From IMG/VR virus record IMGVR_UViG_3300029305_011823: a DNA stretch of 64,000 nucleotides; one strand, 5' to 3'. A program made the translations under genes and the position numbers. Shown piece after piece: positions 59,857 to 64,000 of the stretch. Positions within the stretch are counted from its first letter, which is position 1, and every line of letters starts with the position of its first letter. The notes beneath the pieces are model-generated. The model searched no databases. It had not been told where the DNA came from and saw only the letters and a list, made by a program, of their open reading frames with translations. This stretch comes from a virus (Duplodnaviria > Caudoviricetes).

Positions 59857-59932
59857 ATAATACCTCCTATTAATGGTATTTACACTTATTTGTTGGTAAA
59901 AATATAATAATTAATACAGAGTAACCCCTGTA

Positions 59933-60613
59933 TTAATTATTATAATCATCTTCTTCTTCATAATACCAACCTCCTTCAGGTTCCTCCCAATCACTAAGAT
60001 TGAAATGTAAGAATGTTGAATCTATTTCGTCTGAAACATTCTTTAGACAATCACTAAATCCTTCTCTATAAGGAACCCAAAGTTTTCTATTTTCTAATAT
60101 ATCCATTGCTAATACCGTCATACATCCATTTTCTATGTCATGTCTAAAATCTCTATTTATATATTCAATATAATCTATAAAATCATGCGTTTCATAAATA
60201 TCAAAATCGTGTGTATAACCAATAGATTCTAATGCTTTTCTTGCATTCTCTATAAATAATTCAACTTCTTTTTCATCTGTAGCATGTATAGAATCCTGTA
60301 CATGCTTATTAGTTTCATGATCTGTCATCCAATCTCTATAGAAATGTCTTTCATCCTCCCACGTAACAAATCCATAAAATTCTACACTCCATTCTAACGC
60401 TATATCGAACAAATTATATTTAGCTTTCCATTCATCATATTCTTCTCGAAGTTTTTCTATTTTCTCTTCTACTTTCCTAGCTCGTTCATTTTCCATTTCT
60501 TCTTCTAATGCACTCATACCTTCTCTAAAATGTCTAACTCTTTCATAACCTAATTCTCTAAATGTTTCATGCCATTCCATATATTCTTTCTTTAATTCTT
60601 CTAAATTTTTCAT
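59933..60613 (-). CDS. hypothetical protein (early)
   Basis: 226-aa acidic ORF after an early motif at 60652-60685. Confidence 0.8.
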   Translation of the reverse strand: MKNLEELKKEYMEWHETFRELGYERVRHFREGMSALEEEMENERARKVEEKIEKLREEYDEWKAKYNLFDIALEWSVEFYGFVTWEDERHFYRDWMTDHETNKHVQDSIHATDEKEVELFIENARKALESIGYTHDFDIYETHDFIDYIEYINRDFRHDIENGCMTVLAMDILENRKLWVPYREGFSDCLKNVSDEIDSTFLHFNLSDWEEPEGGWYYEEEDDYNN

Positions 60614-60712
60614 ACCAATACCTCCAATATTTTTTATTTTTATTTCATTGTTATAATATATAATTGAAATAACACCTTTTTACGATAGCAAAAAAAAGAT
60701 AAGGAAGCACCC

Positions 60713-60895
60713 TTATCTTTTCTTTCCTTGTTTTAATTTATATTCATCAGACACAACCTGATAAAATACCATTCGATCTTCATTAATTTCATTATAATGT
60801 TTACACCAATGCTTAGCATCCCATTCAAGAATTAAATCATCTCTTACTAATTCATCCTCATATATCATATAAGCACATCTTTTAACTATTTTCAT
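60713..60895 (-). CDS. hypothetical protein
   Basis: 60 aa, GGAGG RBS. Confidence 0.7.
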   Translation of the reverse strand: MKIVKRCAYMIYEDELVRDDLILEWDAKHWCKHYNEINEDRMVFYQVVSDEYKLKQGKKR

Positions 60896-60976
60896 AATTA
60901 ATTACCTCCTAATTATTTTATTATATTAATGTTGAGGAACATATAAAAAATAACAGGATAAATCCTGTTATTATAA

Positions 60977-61129
60977 TTACCAAAATCTTTTACAATGTGC
61001 TTCTTGCATTGCTTTTACAACTACATCAAGTTCTTCATCGTTTAAATTTTTAAACAGTTTTCCTAAAGCCCATACTGCTACAGCTTCTACTACTATAACT
61101 ACTCCAAATATTACCATTACATTCATCAT
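60977..61129 (-). CDS. small single-TM protein (not in ORF track)
   Basis: MMNVMVIFGVVIVVEAVAVWALGKLFKNL..., 50 aa, GGAGG RBS. Confidence 0.7.
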   Translation of the reverse strand: MMNVMVIFGVVIVVEAVAVWALGKLFKNLNDEELDVVVKAMQEAHCKRFW

Positions 61130-61142
61130 ATATAACTACCTC

Positions 61143-61292
61143 CTAATTAAATTCATTATATTTATCTATTGCTTCTACTTCATTATCAAACAGGTAGAAA
61201 TATAATATTCTACCTGCATATATAACATTAACTTTCCAATCATCATGAATTACTTCTACTTCATATCCAATTCTATTTAATTTCTTTTTCAT
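61143..61292 (-). CDS. small hypothetical protein (not in ORF track)
   Basis: MKKKLNRIGYEVEVIHDDWKVNV..., 49 aa. Confidence 0.6.
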   Translation of the reverse strand: MKKKLNRIGYEVEVIHDDWKVNVIYAGRILYFYLFDNEVEAIDKYNEFN

Positions 61293-61307
61293 AATATCAC
61301 TTCCTAA

Positions 61308-61478
61308 TTAAAATAAATAACCAAAAGCTGCCCATAATAATAAAGGTATCATTAATATCGGACAGAATGTAAATATTAAGAATATACCAAAACATGCAGC
61401 AACCATATATAATATATATTTTATAAAATTTCTAAAACCAAGCATTAATAATAACACTAAAAACGCAACTATCCACAT
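61308..61478 (-). CDS. small hydrophobic membrane protein (not in ORF track)
   Basis: MWIVAFLVLLLMLGFRNFIKY..., 56 aa, GGAGG RBS. Confidence 0.7.
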   Translation of the reverse strand: MWIVAFLVLLLMLGFRNFIKYILYMVAACFGIFLIFTFCPILMIPLLLWAAFGYLF

Positions 61479-61571
61479 AATAATACCTCCACCTAATTAT
61501 ATTATTTTAAGGATCATATAAATCCTATTGGAAGGAGGCTTTTAGAGATGCCTCCTAGAACTCTTTATTAT

Positions 61572-62195
61572 CTATCTTCTACGTCTTCTTCTAACTCTTA
61601 CATATCCTCTTGGTTTGTATACGTGTTCCCATTTAACTAAATCCCACCAGAAGCTTAAGAATCCACCTATTATAAATATAGCTGCTATGAATCCTAATAC
61701 GTAAAATAATATGTCAAATAAGAATGCTATTACAGCACCTAATACGTTAAATAATAATACTATTAAAGCTATACCCCCTACTACCATTCCTATACATATA
61801 AGAACACCAATTACTTTACCTGCAAATGCTGCTCTCTTTTCTGTTTTTTCACTTATATGATATTCTCCATTTTCATCAGTTCCTTCTGCAATCTTTTTAT
61901 CAAGTTTTTTGTCCCATTCATCAAATTTAGCATTGATTCTATCTGTTATTGTAACTCTTTCTTTAACAGGTTTTTCTTTTTTAACTTTAACTTTTTCTTT
62001 AGGTGCTTCAGCTTTTATTACTTTAACTTTTGCTACTAGTTTTCTATTAGCGAATATAAATATTGCTGCAAATATTCCATAGAATACAATTAAAGTTGGA
62101 TCTAAACATAATACACCTATTACTGTAGCGAATACATTTATACCAGCTAATATACCACATATCATCATTAATACTTGTAAACTTAATTTTTTCAT
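61572..62195 (-). CDS. membrane protein with Arg-rich tail
   Basis: About 4 TM segments, Lys-rich loop, C-terminal RRRRRR. Confidence 0.8.
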   Translation of the reverse strand: MKKLSLQVLMMICGILAGINVFATVIGVLCLDPTLIVFYGIFAAIFIFANRKLVAKVKVIKAEAPKEKVKVKKEKPVKERVTITDRINAKFDEWDKKLDKKIAEGTDENGEYHISEKTEKRAAFAGKVIGVLICIGMVVGGIALIVLLFNVLGAVIAFLFDILFYVLGFIAAIFIIGGFLSFWWDLVKWEHVYKPRGYVRVRRRRRR

Positions 62196-62246
62196 AACTT
62201 ATTACCTCCATTTATTTTTTATTTTTTTAATTGGAACATATAAATC

Positions 62247-62444
62247 TTAACATTCTATTGTATAGCTTTTTAGTTCTTCTATTATCATATCACATTTAAC
62301 TAATGCTTCTTCATATCTTTCTATATACATATCCATTTCATTTGTATTGTATTCTTTATTATATTTATGATATTCATTTAAATACTCAACTATCATAGCT
62401 CTTCTTGTTTCCATTTCCATTAATTTAGCTTCTATTTTCATCAT
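62247..62444 (-). CDS. hypothetical protein (early)
   Basis: ORF after an early motif at 62490-62522. Confidence 0.7.
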   Translation of the reverse strand: MMKIEAKLMEMETRRAMIVEYLNEYHKYNKEYNTNEMDMYIERYEEALVKCDMIIEELKSYTIEC

Positions 62445-62574
62445 ATAAAATACCTCCAAAATTAAATTATTTTTATTGTACTTCACTATTATAATATGGT
62501 ATCGAAATTCTACGAATTACACTTCTTGGAACATAAAAAAGAATAGATACCTCATAGTATCTATTCTTATGCTA

Positions 62575-62892
62575 TTAATCTAGTTTGTCTTTTAATTCTT
62601 TAAGCTTAGCTTTTGCTTTTTCTTTAAGAATGCCAAATTTTTCTTTAACTTTTTCCCATTCTTCTGTAATTATCTTATCTAATTCTATATATCCTGCCAA
62701 TCTTTTTGCTTCTTCTATTTCAGGTTGTGTGGCTAATCTAGCACCAACTATAGCATCACCTTTCTTAGTTACTTTATACGTGAATCTAATCCATTCACCT
62801 TGAACTGCATAATCTACATCATCTATTCTTATATATATTTTATCCTCCATGAATTTAACTTTATGATACGTACTTCCTATTTCTCTAATCAT
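62575..62892 (-). CDS. hypothetical protein
   Basis: 105 aa, GGAGG RBS. Confidence 0.75.
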   Translation of the reverse strand: MIREIGSTYHKVKFMEDKIYIRIDDVDYAVQGEWIRFTYKVTKKGDAIVGARLATQPEIEEAKRLAGYIELDKIITEEWEKVKEKFGILKEKAKAKLKELKDKLD

Positions 62893-62914
62893 ATCCCGTT
62901 ACCTCCAATTGATT

Positions 62915-63718
62915 TTAATTATATATTTTTCCATTTAGATATCTTATCATCATTGATATAAAATCAACTTGTTCTTTTAAACTATCTTTTGTTTCAATTT
63001 CTTCTAATATCATATTGTATATCTCTTTAAAATCTGAATCTGTTTTTTCAGGATTAACAGTTATTATCATTTTAGCTATTTCACTTGAATAATCTTCTAT
63101 AGTTCTAATATCTTCTTCTAGGGTATAATTAACATATGCTGTAACATTATGATCTTTAACATAATGCTCAAGAATATATTCATTATTAACCTGATGAATG
63201 TTACCGACATATCTATCTTCCATATCTATATAATCTAATCTAAACTTTAGTGATGTATATTTATATCTATTAACCCAATTAGTTATAAGTTTAGTTGGTG
63301 GTGTCATCGTTGTAGTAAATAATGAATTTATTTCATTATCTTCTTTGTGAATATTCTCACCATAAAACATTTCTGAATATTCTAATATTTTTCTTATTGT
63401 ATAAGCATTAAATTTATCTATATCATATGGTGTATAATCATAATCATGTTTATACAGTATAGTTATTTCATTACTAAAATCTTCATTATCTATTAAAAAT
63501 GGAGTTCCCCAATTATTCATTCTCCATCGGTACACATTATCTTTGTTATCTTCAATATCTTTAGGTGTTGGGTATAATTTACCAAAAAATAAAATAAGAT
63601 TAGAAGGATATACACCATCACTAGGATGGTATATATCTTCTACATAATTATCATTTATAAACATCACAAGGTCTTTAATACTACCTGTAACTTTCAGTTT
63701 ATTTTTCACCTTGCTCAT
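62915..63718 (-). CDS. DUF1281-like (ferredoxin-like) protein
   Basis: NKLKVTG...F.KL.P.P....Y.WR..NWGT...F.T..TPP pattern. Confidence 0.6.
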   Translation of the reverse strand: MSKVKNKLKVTGSIKDLVMFINDNYVEDIYHPSDGVYPSNLILFFGKLYPTPKDIEDNKDNVYRWRMNNWGTPFLIDNEDFSNEITILYKHDYDYTPYDIDKFNAYTIRKILEYSEMFYGENIHKEDNEINSLFTTTMTPPTKLITNWVNRYKYTSLKFRLDYIDMEDRYVGNIHQVNNEYILEHYVKDHNVTAYVNYTLEEDIRTIEDYSSEIAKMIITVNPEKTDSDFKEIYNMILEEIETKDSLKEQVDFISMMIRYLNGKIYN

Positions 63719-64000
63719 CTTTCTTTTCATCCCCTTCTTGTAACCATTTGTAATACTTATCAAAGATATCTGCTATTAATGTAGCAGCATCTTCTGTCTT
63801 ACAATTGTTAAGCACTTCAGCAACTTTAGCTGATATTAATTCAGCTTCTTCAGCACTATGCATTTCTTGTATCATATCAGCACATTCATCAATATACCAT
63901 TCTCTACATTCCCAACCTTCTGTTAATAGATATTCTATATAAGCTTTTCTATCATTATCATCTATAACTTTATCACAATATTCATCACCACTAAACCATA
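63699..64000 (-). CDS. partial CDS (5' end beyond window), likely paralog of the downstream gene
   Basis: Open frame ...KAYIEYLLTEGWECREWYIDECADMI... resembles TAYVNYTLEEDIRTIEDYSSEIAKMI in 62915-63718. Confidence 0.65.
   Translation of the reverse strand, partial: WFSGDEYCDKVIDDNDRKAYIEYLLTEGWECREWYIDECADMIQEMHSAEEAELISAKVAEVLNNCKTEDAATLIADIFDKYYKWLQEGDEKKDEQGEK

Noticed and set aside
1-64000. Alternative genetic code (stop-codon recoding)
   Set aside because: Conserved genes are full length in code 11 and TAA/TAG/TGA all act as stops; the two interruptions are explained by an intron and a homopolymer frameshift
1-64000. tRNA/rRNA genes, integrase, phage tubulin or nuclear shell protein
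   Set aside because: No cloverleaf or recognisable motifs seen in this window; very divergent proteins among the hypotheticals cannot be excluded

Overview
A 64-kb segment of a very AT-rich jumbo myophage of the AR9/PBS1-phiKZ type. The host is most likely a low-GC Firmicute, probably Clostridia-like; this is inferred from strong GGAGG RBSs, class B sortase, GlgP and YwaF. The left end is a virion module: probable capsid C-terminus, zincin, terminase, tail sheath and tube, and portal. Most of the rest lies on the minus strand. It encodes a split family-B DNA polymerase interrupted by a group I intron with an HNH ORF (splice sites resolved), SbcC, a soluble FtsH-like protease, four split multisubunit RNA polymerase pieces from two RNAPs, NAD ligase, UvsX/RecA and GyrA/GyrB. 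Accessory genes include an ADP-ribosyltransferase-like protein, three GNATs, IF-1, glycogen phosphorylase, and a sortase with its own wall-anchored substrate. Three regulatory motifs recur: an AR9-like late promoter (AACA-N6-TA/G), a ~34-bp early-type motif, and an unexplained TTTATATGTTCC motif. Two ORF-free regions look like promoter-driven structured RNAs. One is ~610 nt and ROOL-like (30815-31422). The other is ~350 nt, with two tandem, covarying tetraloop/receptor domains inside a 28-bp terminal stem (44827-45180); this is my best candidate for an undescribed element. All protein calls come from motif recognition by eye; no database searches were run.
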